DNA of 64,000 bases from the human T2T-CHM13v2.0 reference genome, Homo sapiens. This document shows, piece by piece, positions 1 through 12,281 of this stretch; the first letter of the stretch is position 1; every line of letters begins with the position of its first letter. Location: assembly GCF_009914755.1 (NCBI RefSeq), contig NC_060929.1; one strand, 5' to 3'. The notes beneath the pieces were generated by a model. The model made no database searches and was not told the DNA's origin. It saw only the letters and a list, made by a program, of their open reading frames with translations. The position numbers and the translations under genes are program-made.

Positions 1-235
1 TCTAGGACTACTGTCTCAGTTTGCAAAAGGTTGTTCACAGGCTCGACTGTGCTTCTTCAAATTGTCTTAATTAAAAGAAAATTCTAATATTTCAAGTTAA
101 ATTTTAGTGCAAATATCTGAAAAGTCGACACTTGTTTGATATTTCCCCAAGATGTATCTTGAAATTCACTGAGGAAATTGATGTCTTTTATCACTATATA
201 AGCATTTTGGTTTCATCTGCCCTCTGCTGTGTACT

Positions 236-622
236 TCATACCCTTCATACCAATACACATACACATACACACAGACCTAGACACACCCATGTCCCTCACC
301 AGCCACACCCATACCTATACACACAGACACACACAACCAGGCAAACACACACTCACCCATACACCTATACACGTTCACCCAACCACACACAATCATACAT
401 ACAAACAACCACATGCACCCAAAAACACACCACAAATACCCACACCCATACATACCCACACTCAGTCACACACACACACACATGCTTATCCATACAACCA
501 TAAACATATACACACACACACCCTACACACACACAGAAATGCACACTTATATAGCCATATACAAATTCTTTCTCCAATCACTGATGCCTTCTCTTACTAA
601 CACTGCACAATCACACACCAAA
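236..622. repeat. Degenerate (CA)n/(CATA)n low-complexity tract
   Basis: Interrupted CACA/CATA runs; source of the His/Thr-rich and Val/Cys-rich ORFs in the track. Confidence 0.9.
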
Positions 623-1829
623 CTCTTCATTGACCATGTTTCCTGATTGAACATGTTTTCTGATTTCTCCAAGACTATCCTCATGTCTGAGATACATCTC
701 ACTTTAACACATCTCAAAATACTTGGCTAATTATCACATTCATTTATCTACCCCACAAACCTTCCACTAACCCATTATCCAAAGTCTGCATGGTATTCTG
801 GTTTTTAAACTTTGTTTATGAATCAGATTTTATTTGTTCAACCAAATAATTTAGAATGCCTTTGGAAATATTTGTAAATAGCAAATATTTCTGGATCTGA
901 AAATGTTCCAAAAATGAAACATTGACCAATCAATTTCACCTAAGCATTGACCAGCCTATACGTTTACAAATTGTATCCCTATTCAAAATAACATAGAGAC
1001 TGCTGAGGTTTGAAGGCAGCTTATGTGATACTCTCTTCCCTGTCAGATACAAGCTAACTGAAAGCAAAAATGTTAGGCAGAGGAGATTAAAAATATCAGA
1101 TTTATTATAGATTAAACTAGATTGGAATAGATGGCTTTGGAGAAAAAAAGATGTTCCTAAAACTCCCTTGTCCAGAATTAGATACTTACCCTTCAGTCAC
1201 TATCAGCACTGGACAATGGAAGTCCTTTCCCCATATAACCAAGAGCACATCAGATCTCTCTACAGAGAGAAGAATCACAAAGACAAAAGGGAAATAATAT
1301 GCCAAGCATGCTCTGTTTCTTGTCCCAAACTCACCAATGAGGTTAGTCCATTCTTCTCTCATGAGGAAAAGGAAGGAGCACAGAGGAGAAAGATGTCCTA
1401 CCTGGCAAGAGACATCAGAAGAATGGAATAAGTATTTACCCCAACACTTCTCAGCTTTTCTTTCATCTCTACCTTTTAGGCTCAACCAATATTTTAGGAA
1501 TAACCAGGTATGGAGACATCGCCCTCCAGAGAGATCAGCAGTCTATCAAAATTTTCTGCTCTCACCATTTGTTTTTTATCCCCGGACCACAATTTCAGCA
1601 GTATAAAGTTTTCTCCCAGAAGACACTAAAATACGCTAAAACCATATACTAACTAAATTAATCCCAGAACTACTTAGGAATTAATACTAAAAATTTATTC
1701 TCTATTCTATTTCTTAGGCCAAATTATTTTTCAGTCTTGTCCAACATAGTATTTATTGCTGTTTTCCAGTAAAATAAAAAGGCATCATAAAGATATTTTG
1801 GTAATAATACAATAAATTGAGATGCCCAA

Positions 1830-2838
1830 ATTTAAATATGAATCTTTTGAAATCAAATTATCAAAACTCAAATATAAAGAGAACATTTTGAAACAAGAGA
1901 AAAGTGACTAATACAAGAGAACCTCCATAAGGTTATTAGTGGGTTTCTCAGCAGAACCTTGGCATTTCAAGAGAGAGTAGGATGATATATTCAAAGTACT
2001 GAAAGGAAAAAGTGCCAACTGAGCATATTATAAGTGACAAAGCTGTCCTTGAGAAATGAAGGAGAGACAGAGATTTTCACAGACAAACAAAGGCTGAAAG
2101 AGTTCATCACCACTAAGACCTGCCTTGCAAGGAATGCAAAAGGGGGTTCTCTTCAAGTTGAAATGAAAGAACACTAATTAATAACATGAAAACATATAAA
2201 AGTATATAACCCACTAATAAATGTAAATACATAGTCAAATTCAGAGTACTCTAATACAGTAATGGTGATGCACAACAGATTTTTAAAATCTAGTGTAAAA
2301 GTTGAAAGACAAAGTATTAACAATAATCATAGCTACAATAATTTGTTAATGGATGCACAATATAAAACGATGTAAATTGTGACAGCAATGACATAAAATG
2401 TGGGAAGAGGGGAAGTAAAAGTGTAGAGTTTTTGTACACAGTTAAGTTGTTATCAGCATGAAATAGACTGGTATAAGATTGTGTAAGCTTCATGGTAACC
2501 ACAAAGACAAAACTTCTAGTAGATACACAAAGGATAAAGAAAACGAAATCAAAGCATACCACTACAAAACTCATCAAATGACAAAGGAAGACAACAAAAA
2601 TGGAAGAAGAGGAACAGAAGAAGTAGTAACCGTTGAGAAAAAAAATAAACAAAATTGCAATAAGAAGTTCTTACCTACCAATAATTACTTTAAATGTAAA
2701 TGGATTAAATTTTTCACTCGAAAGGCATAGTGGCTAAATGGATTTAAAAAAAAAAAAAGACCAAATATATGCTGCCTACACTAGATTCACTTTAGCTTTA
2801 AGGACACACATAGGCTGAGAGTAAAGAGATGGAAAATG

Positions 2839-2883
<45 letters not shown>

Positions 2884-4642
2884 GTATATATATATAATGA
2901 TTATATATATAAATGTATATATATATAATGATTATATATATAAATGTATATATATAATGATTATATATATAAATGTATATATATAATCATTATATATATA
3001 AATGTATATATAATGATTATATATATATAAATGTGTATATATATAATGATTATATATATATTTTAATGTTGGACCACATGCATTGGATATAAATTGGAAC
3101 ATATAAATATATGAAGCACATATTAACACTGAAACATATAAATATATACATTGGAACATATAACTATATAAAGTAAATATTATATTGTATATATAACATT
3201 GGAGCATATAAATATATAAAGCATTGGAAATATAAATATGTAAATCAACATTGGACTATATAAAGCAAATATTAACAGAACTGAAGGGAGAAATTGGTAG
3301 CAATATACTGATAGCAGAAGACTCCAATATCCACTTTCAACAATGGATAGATCATCCAGACAGAAAATTAATATGGAAACATTGGATTTGAATAACCTAT
3401 AAACCAAGTGAATCTAATAGACATATAGAACATTTCACCAAACAGCAACGGAATAAACATTCTTCTCAAGTGCACATGGAAAATTTTCCAAGATAGATCA
3501 TATTTACATAGTCATAAGCCACAAAACAAGTCTTAACAAACTTAAGAAGACTGAAATCATATCAAGTATCCTTTTGGACCCCAATAGTATGAAATCAATA
3601 ATGGGAGGGAAAATTAAAATTCACAAAAATATAAAAATTTTAAATCACACTCTTGAACAATTTGCATTGATATATACTAACAATGAACTATCTGAAAAAG
3701 TAATTAAGATGACTATTCCATTTATAATAGCTTCAAAAAGAATAAAATATTAGGAGTAAACTGAACCAGGGGTCCACTTTCAGTTCACTGAAAACTACAA
3801 AACATTGATGAAACAAATTTAAGAAGACACAAATAAATGGAAAGATTTCCTGGGTTCACAGGTTGGAAGAATAAATGTTGTTAAAATGGCCCTACTACCC
3901 AATGTGCTCTACTGATTCAATGTAATCCCTATCAATAGAAAAAAATCCTAACATTTATATGAGACCACAAAAGTCCCCAACAGCAAAAGCAATCGTGAGC
4001 AAAAAGAACAAAGCTACAGGTATCACACTTCCTGATTTTTAAATATATTACAAAGCTATAGTAAACAAAACAGTAGGATACTGGCATAAAAATAGACATA
4101 TACACCAATAAAACAGAATACAGAGAACTGAAGTAAATCTATACATATATGGTCAGCTGATCTTTGATAAAAGTGCCAAGAACATACAATGGGGAAAGGA
4201 CAGTGTCTTCAGTAAATGGTGCTGGAAAACTGGATATATACATGTGATAGATACTGAGTGATCTCCCTTATATATGGAGTCTAAAAGCAGAGAGTAGAAT
4301 GGTGGTTGCCAGAGGCTGGTGGGTTGGGGGAACTGGGGAGACGTTGGTCAAAGGAGATAAAATTTCCATTATACAAAATGAATACATCTGGAGATCTAAT
4401 GTATAGCATGGTGACCACAGTTAATAATACTGCATTGTATACTTAAAATGAGCTAAGAGAGTAGATCTTAAGTGTTCTCACTACAAAAAAAAGTTAATTA
4501 CGTAAGATGATAAATATGTTCATTAGCTTGATTGTGGTAATCATTTCCCAATGTGTACACACATCAAAACACCATGTTTTGCACCTTAAAAATATACAGT
4601 TGTTATTTGTAAATTATGCCTCAATAAGGCTGGGGGAAATAA
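1830..4642 (+). mobile_element. Old LINE-1 (L1MA9/10-like), internally deleted: ORF1 3' end, inter-ORF spacer, ORF2 pieces and 3' UTR
   Basis: ORF2 start-like ATAATTACTTTAAATGTAAATGGATTAAAT near 2680; AAAATGGCCCTACTACCC near 3885; L1MA 3' UTR GAGAGTAGATCTTAAGTGTTCTCAC ending CTCAATAAGGCTGGGGGAAATAAA. Confidence 0.85.
2838..3268. repeat. (TA)n microsatellite, ~30-bp AT minisatellite and degenerate CATTGGAACATATAAATATAT repeats inside the L1
   Basis: Pure TA run 2841-2880; repeated ATAATGATTATATATATAAATGTATATAT units; repeated CATTGGA units 3081-3260. Confidence 0.9.
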
Positions 4643-4779
4643 ATCAGGGGTGAGGCCATAAGCAATGAACAGGAAATATCCCATTTGACTGGCATTAGAA
4701 GAAGATAGTGTCACCTGACAATGGTTTAAATTTGCCACTCTCACTTCCAGGCTGTAGTAATTTCTGATGCTAGACCCTC

Positions 4780-4985
4780 AAATTCTCCCTCTACCTGGGC
4801 CAAAGCAACTAGTAACTTTCCAGACAGTGGTTGATCTGTCAGCCTGGGCCCCAGAGTGAGGAAAATGTGGAGCAGAAATGCCAGCCAGGACAAAATAAAC
4901 ACACAGTAACAACATGAAATAAATATTTGTTACTACATTTTAATCCACTGAGATTTGAAAGTTAACATTATTGAAACAACCTAGG
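4780..4985 (+). mobile_element. Old MaLR LTR 3' part (MLT1K/L-like)
   Basis: CAGCCTGGGCCCCAGAGTGAGGAAAATGTGGAGCAG...GAAATAAA...CCACTGAGATTTG resembles the MLT1 3' end. Confidence 0.6.
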
Positions 4986-5099
4986 TCATGCTGGTTGCGC
5001 AATCTCTCATTCTCCAATTATCTTCCTCCTCCTATGTTCCCTCATAAAAGGTGCTCCCAGGCATGCAGGCCTATCATCTTTATTACATTTTTCCCTCCT

Positions 5100-5460
5100 C
5101 CCCATGTCTCTCATCAATCACTAGATTCTATTGATAAATCTTCCAAATCGGTTCTGACAACACTGCGCTGTCTTTTTCATTTCCAAAGTAACTTTCACCA
5201 TGGTTCTCATCATCTATCACCAATAATGAAGCTATATTTATATCTGGTCTCTAATCTTCAATCACTTATTGTGCAGCCAACATATCCACCTTACTTCAGC
5301 ACATTTAACATGCATCGTACACAATGGACATTAAGTCATTCAACTACTTGGAACTTTCAGTGTTTTGTTACTGCTAATTAAAAATTCAAAATTTTTAGTT
5401 AGAGAATCAAGGCTTTCTATACCATATTCCCAAACTAACTGCTCAGCTATAATTAGTACT
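5100..5460 (+). mobile_element. L2 LINE fragment
   Basis: Pyrimidine-rich degenerate similarity to the L2 3' region. Confidence 0.5.
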
Positions 5461-5995
5461 CAAATTTATATCTTTTATATATCAGGGGGCTTTTCAATGG
5501 AGGCTCTTGAGCTTTTGGAAGAATGTGAATATTGATCACAATCAGTTTTTTAAAAGACTCCACAAATTCAAAGCTCTATAAATGTGCCTACATATTACAT
5601 GTGAAACTGATAGTATCCAACCATCCATAGAAAAGGCTTCAAAGCTGTGTCCTTTAAGACTCAGACAAAATAAGAAGATGATTCTCCTTGTTAAATCATG
5701 ACACAAAGCAGCTATAGCAAAGCTCAAACTTAGGAAGTTAATGTTCTATCTTGACATATCTCAACCTCACTGATTTTCTTCACAAGAACTGTCAGTATTT
5801 TAAAATATCTTCACTCTGTTTATCAGATTTTCTAGAACTATAACAGTGGCAACTCATTATCAGAGGTGGAGAACTCAGACCTTTCTCTCATTAATCAGTC
5901 AACTCAACATGTATTTCATAAGCACATAACACACGCAAGGGACCATGTCTTTTCATATTTGTATCCAAAGCAAGTAGCATCTTGCAAAGAATGAC

Positions 5996-6365
5996 CGTAT
6001 TAGTCTGTTCTCATGCTGCTGATAAAGACATACCTGAGACTAGGCAATTTACAAAGGAATTAGGCTTAATGGAGAACTCATACCTACACATGACTGGAGA
6101 AGCCTCACAATCAAGGCAGAAGGCAAGGAGGAGCAAGTCACATTTTGGATGGATGGCAGCAAGGCAAAAAGAGCTTGTGCATAGAAACTCCCATTTTTAA
6201 AACCATCAGATCTCATGAGACTCATTCACTGTCATGAGAACAGCGCAGGAAAATCTGCCCCCATAATTCAATCACTTCCCACTGGGTTCCTCCCATGACA
6301 TGTGGGAATTGTGGGAGTTAGAATTCAAGATGAGATTTGGTTGGGGACACAGCTAAACCATATCA
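5996..6365 (-). mobile_element. THE1 (THE1A/B-like) solo LTR
   Basis: (C)GTATTAGTCTGTTCTCATGCTGCTGATAAAGACATACC ... ACAGCTAAACCATATCA; 5-bp TSD ATGAC at 5991-5995 and 6366-6370. Confidence 0.95.
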
Positions 6366-6374
6366 ATGACCAAT

Positions 6375-6930
6375 AAATAAATTCTGATTAATTGCTAAGC
6401 TCTGGGTAACACAAGTTGAATTACTCATAGGCCCTACACACAGAGACTCAAATATTTGGGAGAAACAGTAAAAACTACCCACAATGCAAGTCAAAATGGA
6501 AATACAAGCATTAAAAATGGAAATACAAGCATTATAAGAGCCTGGAACAAAAAATATATATATATTCTAATTGTGAGAATCCAGGAAAGTTTAAAAGAGA
6601 ATGTTGCATTTGAGCAATGCCTTCAATATTTTTTTAACTGTAAAAAAATATAGAGAAAGCATTGCAAGTTGAGAGATCAGTATAGCCATATAAGGAAATC
6701 TGGAATTATCTAACATTATTAGGAAATAGAAAATATGACAGAATACTAGGTCAGAATACACACAGTGGAGTAGTGGGAGAATTGGCTGAAGAGGTAACCT
6801 GAGGTGCTAGCATAAACTGCTTTGAATGCCAAACACTTTTGAATTTAATTTTTTAAGCAACTGAACACAGAGCATAGGATAGTAAAAATAGTCTAATATA
6901 TTTTAGGGAGATAGTTCTGATGGCAGTATC
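6375..6930 (-). mobile_element. L2 LINE fragment containing a perfect 21-bp tandem duplication (6493-6534)
   Basis: Purine-rich antisense-L2 pattern; AAAATGGAAATACAAGCATTA twice. Confidence 0.55.
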
Positions 6931-8336
6931 CATTATTGATAATATTTTGAAAGTTATCTCACAGGAGGCTAAATTTTCCTAATGACAATATGTTCACTGT
7001 TCATTCTTTCAAGGGCACCTGAATATTTTTCAGAACATTTTGCTCTCCTAGAATGTATCTGGATGGCATTGTAAGGGTGAGCACTTAAGTGCATTTTAAT
7101 CACATAGTCCTATGTTGCATGCAATTTGGTTCACTTTGTGTAAAATATTTTATGAGAGTTGATAAGAGGCAGATAATCTCACCTCTATTCAACAGGTCTG
7201 AATCATTTAAAATGATTAAGGATTAAGAAGTCATTCAATTGTTTCAGTGGATTAAATAGTTCAAGGATGATAGTTACTGCTTTATCAACAGTTTTCCCAT
7301 TAATCTGTTGTTCCTATGCTCAGCAATGTTCTCTCAAGGCCAAAACCATCTCTTTTGGGTTGGTGAATATAAGCGCCCTCCATTTTTGGCAGCTTTGATC
7401 TCAAGCTTCACTGTGATGAGCCCAGCTGTTCACAAAGCTATTTTCATGCTTGCCAGCTTAATATCCTGCAGCACAGCAGTGCAGTGAAGTGAAGAAGGTC
7501 CCTTTCTGATTACAGGTATGCAACAAGAGTTAATTATTAGAAATGCTTTCTGATAATACTCAACTGAAATAACAATCTCAAATGATGAAATTTATGAGCA
7601 AAAGCTACATTTCTTTCAACATATCTGCAGACAGAGAACAGAGAGTGGTAGCAGGGAAGAATAATTTCTTGTAGTTTCCTAGAGGTGGATATCATAAATC
7701 ACAGGAAACATTAATTATCCTCTAGCTCCATGAGAATATGGGTCAAGACTCCACAAAGATACAATGAACCAAAAGCCTCAAACCTCATCAGTTTTTTCCG
7801 CTTTTATGACTTTTCTAAAAGGTGAGTACAATGTCAAAAAGAATACACCATTTTATAAAAACCACATATGATCTGATTGAGAAAGCTGCATAAAACAATT
7901 CAAAATCTCTCAATCAATGTGACATTTAACTTAGCAGATATGGTAGAGAAGAGTAATTAATTGCTTAATCATTTGCAAAAGGACATGTACTTGGATGGAA
8001 GAATTTTTGGCAACATTTAAGTAAAAGACACATTAAAAATGGCTGTTCCAATGCCTTTTCCTCTCAAGGAGCAAGACTGCCATTTTAACACCACATTTAC
8101 TTATTATGATCACATCTAATTCTGCTCTTGTATATGTAAACAAAAGCATTTCTTAGCCTTACTATTTTTAGATTCATGGAAATTTCTTTAGAAAGGACAT
8201 TTTCAAATAACTTTCAAAAGTTCACCATTATCATAAAGATAACATCTGACTATTAGGTACATAGTAGCCTTACCTGCTTCCATTACTACCATAGACACGC
8301 TTTGCCCAGTATTGATTTAATTGATTAAATTCTCAG

Positions 8337-9726
8337 TGATAGGGACAATGAAGTCCAGGCTGAGGTGGTCTCAGATGGAGATGAGGAACTTGTTGGGAAT
8401 TGGAGCAAAGGTCTCTCTTGCTATGCTTTAGCAAAGAGACTGGTGGCATTTTGACCCTGCCATAGAGAACTGTGGAACTTTGAACTCAAGAAAGAAGATA
8501 TAGGGTAATCTGGCAGAAGAAATTTCTTAGTGACAAAGCACAGAGCATTCAAAAGGAAGCAAAGCATAAACGTTTGAAAAATTTGCAGCCTGATGATGCA
8601 ATATGAAAGAAAAGCCCATTTTCTGGGGAGAAATTCCAGCTGGCTGCAGAAATTTGTATAACTAACAAGGAGTGAAATATTAATCAGCAAGACAGTAAGG
8701 AAAATGTCTCCAGGGCATGTCAGAGACCTTCACAGCAGCCCCTCCCATCACAAGCCAGGAGGCCCAGGAGGGAAAATGGTTTTGTGGGCCAGACCCAGGG
8801 CCCCACTGCTCTATGCAGCCTCGGGACACAGTGCCCTGTGTTCCATGTGCTTCAACTCCAGCCATGGCTAAAAGGGGCCAAGGTACAGCTTGGGCCATTG
8901 CTTCAGAGAGCGAAAGCCCCAAGCCTTGGCAGCTTTCATGTGGTCTTCTGTGGGTGCACAGAAGTCGAGAATTGAGGTTTGGGAACCTCTGCCTAGATTT
9001 CAGAGGATGTATGGAAATTCCTGGATGTCCAGGCAGATGTTTGCTGCAGGGGTGGAACCCTCATGGAGAACCTCTGCTACAGCAGTGCAGAAGGGAAATG
9101 TGGGGTTGGAGCCCCCACAAGAGTCCCCACTGGGGACTCTCACTAGACCACTCACAGACCACTCACTAGAGGGTCTGTGAAAAGAGGGTCACCATCCTCC
9201 AGACCCCAGAATGGTACATCCATCAACAGCTTGCACCTTGCAACTGGAAAAGCCACAGGCACTCAATGCCAGCCTGTGAAAACAGCCAGGAGTGGGGCTG
9301 TACCCTACAAAGCCACAGGGACAGAGCTGCCCAAGGTTGTGGGAGCCTACCTCTTGCATCAGTGTGACCGGGATGTAAGACATGGAATCAAAAGAGATCA
9401 TTTTGGAACTTTAAGTTTTACTGACTGCCCTGTTGGATTTCAGACTTGCAGGGGGCTTGTAGCCCCTTTGTTTGGGCTACTTTCTCCCATTTGGAATGGT
9501 CATATTTACCCAATGCCTGTACACCCATTGTATCTAGGAAGTAACTAACTTGCTTTTGATTTTACAGGCTCATACATGAAAGGTTCTTGTCTTTTCTCAG
9601 ATGAGACTTTGGACTTGGACTTTTTGGTTAATGCTGAAATGAGTTAAGACTTTGGGGACTGTTGGAAGGGCATGATTGTGTTTTGAAATGTGAGGACATG
9701 AGATTTGGGAGGGGCCAGGGATGGAA
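8337..9726 (+). mobile_element. THE1/MSTA-type MaLR internal region, 5'-truncated
   Basis: GGACAATGAAGTCCAGGCTGAGGTGGTCTCAGATGG; collinear with the antisense internal region at 29165-30677; ends in the PPT GGGAGGGGCCAGGGATGGAA. Confidence 0.93.
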
Positions 9727-10083
9727 TGACATGGTTTGGTTCTGTGTCCCCACCCAAATCTCACCTTGAATTGTAATGATTCCCATGTGTCAAGGGCAGG
9801 ACCAGGTTGAGGTAACTGGACCTTGGGGGCAGTTTCCCTCCTGCTGTTCTCATGATAATGAGTAAGCCTCATGAGATCTGATGGTTTTATAAGTGTCTGG
9901 CATTTCCCCTGTTGGCTCTCATTCTCTCTTCTGCTGCCCTGTGTACAGGCACATTCCACCATGATTGTACGTTTCCTAAGGCCCCCCAGTCATGAAAAAC
10001 TGTGAGTCAATTAAACCTCTTTTCTCTAAAAATTACCTAGTCTTAGGTATTTCTTCATAGCAGTGTAAGAATGAACTAATATA
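9727..10083 (+). mobile_element. THE1 3' LTR (THE1C/D-like)
   Basis: TGACATGGTTTGGTTCTGTGTCCCCACCCAAATCTC ... ATTAAACCTC ... GAATGAACTAATATA. Confidence 0.93.
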
Positions 10084-10280
10084 TAACCAACATCAGATGT
10101 CTCTACCACTCAATTCTAAAAAATGTTTAAGGTACAAATAATGCCAGTTTTTAAAACAATTTTTGAGATAATAGAAAAATACAAAAAAACTCCCAACTTA
10201 TTTTACAGGGCCACCATAAAGGAAATTATAAGAAAGGAAATCCTATGGCCAAGTTCATTTCTAAATGTAAACGCAAAATA
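10084..10280 (+). mobile_element. Old L1M ORF2 fragment
   Basis: CAAATAATGCCAGTTTTT...AAACTCCCAACTTATTTTAC resembles the L1 ORF2 Z/RT region. Confidence 0.5.
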
Positions 10281-10288
10281 CATATAAC

Positions 10289-10593
10289 TTTTTTCTTTTT
10301 GAGACAGAGTCTCACACTGTCACCCAGGCTGGAGTGCAGTGTCATGAACATGGCTCATTGCAGCCTTGACCTCCTAGGCTCAAGCAGTCCTCCCACTTCA
10401 ACCTCCCAAGTAGCTGGGACTAGGCACACACCACCATGCCTGGTTAATTTTTTAATTAATTAATTTTTTTTTTTTGGTAGAGATGGAGTCTCACCGTGTT
10501 GCTCAAGCTGATCTCAAACTCCTGGGCTCAAGTAATCCTCCTTCCTCAGCCTCCTAAAGTGCTTAGATTAGAGTCATGAGCCACTGCACCAGG
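10289..10593 (-). mobile_element. AluJ
   Basis: Dimeric Alu; J-type CAGCCTTGACCTCCTAGGCTCAAG and CTCCTGGGCTCAAG. Confidence 0.93.
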
Positions 10594-11647
10594 CAAAGCA
10601 TAAAAATTGAATCCAGAAATAAATGAAGAGATCAATGCCTGACTGTACCTGACATACTTTGTTGCTCTTTCAGGTCCACCCTGCAAAGAAGCTTCAAGGA
10701 GCCAATATCCTGAAGACATGCAACCCACAAGGGATGATTTCCCCAGGTACTTGTACTATATATCTGTAGCCATGATGAATCTACAGTAGTCAGAACCTAC
10801 ATTCACTGCAAAGCCTTTAGAGATCCCCATATAAACCAAACAAATACTCTCTGCCTATCAAATTGCAATCTAAAATTTCCCAAGAATTTCCAGATATTCA
10901 GAAGAAAACTCAAAAGCCTAGTGGGGGTTGCAGGGGTGAGAACTGCTAAACCTAAATTACAATAAAATTAGTATCATAATCTCTTAGACTTAGTAGAGAA
11001 AAACAGAAAAAAACTTTAAATAAATATAATTAACATCCTCAGAGAGACTTTCTTATCCATTATAAAAGAAATATGCTTCTCTGAAATAAATTATTTTGGG
11101 GCTTAGAGATTAAACATAATATATATGTATATATAACATATAATTTTAATACATATTTAATATATATTCAGTTTATTTATATATCTAAAACATTAAATGT
11201 ATGTAGATGCATACACATACATATATGTTCATAATAAATGCTGAAATTTTAAAATGCACACAAAATAACAACCTGGAAATAAGAAGAGACCCAGATAAAA
11301 TATGAATTAGTGAGATGGAAGATTAAACAAAATGATTATCAAAGAAGAAGTGCAAAATGGCAAAGAAATGGAAAATATGTACAAAAGTTGACTGGCATAG
11401 ATATATACAAATATGCTTATTGTATCATTGTTTTAATAGTGAAACATTGAAAATATTCTAGATGTTATTTACTTATTGAATTCTTAAATAATTTATGGTG
11501 CATCCATATTTATTATCTATTACATATAACATTAAAATATGGCGCATCCATATTTATTAACTATTACATACATAACAATAGTTGCATTCCATTGTAACAA
11601 TTTTAAGTAAGCAGTGGCTTAAACAAATGGCTAGAATTACGTCAAAT

Positions 11648-12281
11648 TGAGGCAGTATAGATAGTCAAGGAAGTGACCATGTTCTCGGGATGCAGCAACC
11701 ATCATGACCATACAGTCAACACAACAAGCCTCAACATGTGCATTGTAACTGAGTATTCAAGCAAAGCTATCTTCAGTAGATTTCCCCTGTAGAGAACATG
11801 CACACTTTGATTTTACCTGTCCTCAAACTGACCCTTTACTCATTTTAATAGTAAAAAACACACCCCTGGATGGATATTTAAGATGCTAATGAGACGTGAA
11901 ACATATGAACAAACATGTAACAGCTACTGCACGTGTGCAACAAGAAGACCACCCAGAATATGCTTACTAGTAACACTTCTTTCCACTTCCTTATGAATAA
12001 TCATGTAAGACTGCCATAAAAGGAGTCACCCAGGTGCCAGTCTTTGCTGTCTCATCCTTATGAACAGCACACCCTGAATCCTCTCTCTTCTCTCAGGGTG
12101 TAGTGTCTATTCTGCACCTAACTTCCAAATATTATTTTTATTTTGCAATAAATTACTCTATGCTGTATCTCCTTTGCTGTGTGTCTTTGCTTTGTGTGTT
12201 GTGTCTTTGCTGTGTGTCTCTTGTTTAAATTCTCTTAAACCAAAGAAGACAAGAATGAAGGTATCACATCAGCTGTCAACA
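11648..12281 (+). mobile_element. ERV1 (MER4-group, LTR36-like) solo LTR
   Basis: TG...CA termini, 4-bp TSD AAAT (11644-11647 and 12282-12285), AATAAA at ~12147; family name from memory. Confidence 0.8.

Noticed and set aside
132-646. His/Thr-rich and Val/Cys-rich ORFs
   Set aside because: Translations of a CA/TG low-complexity tract
2838-3268. CRISPR-like repeat-spacer array
   Set aside because: Eukaryotic AT-rich slippage repeat without unique spacers or cas genes
7373-7390. CTCF-like GGAGGGCGC on the minus strand
   Set aside because: The 5' half of the CTCF core does not match
8421-9962. Cluster of 60-150 aa ORFs on both strands
   Set aside because: THE1 internal and LTR sequence; fragments of the decayed MaLR ORF, not a gene
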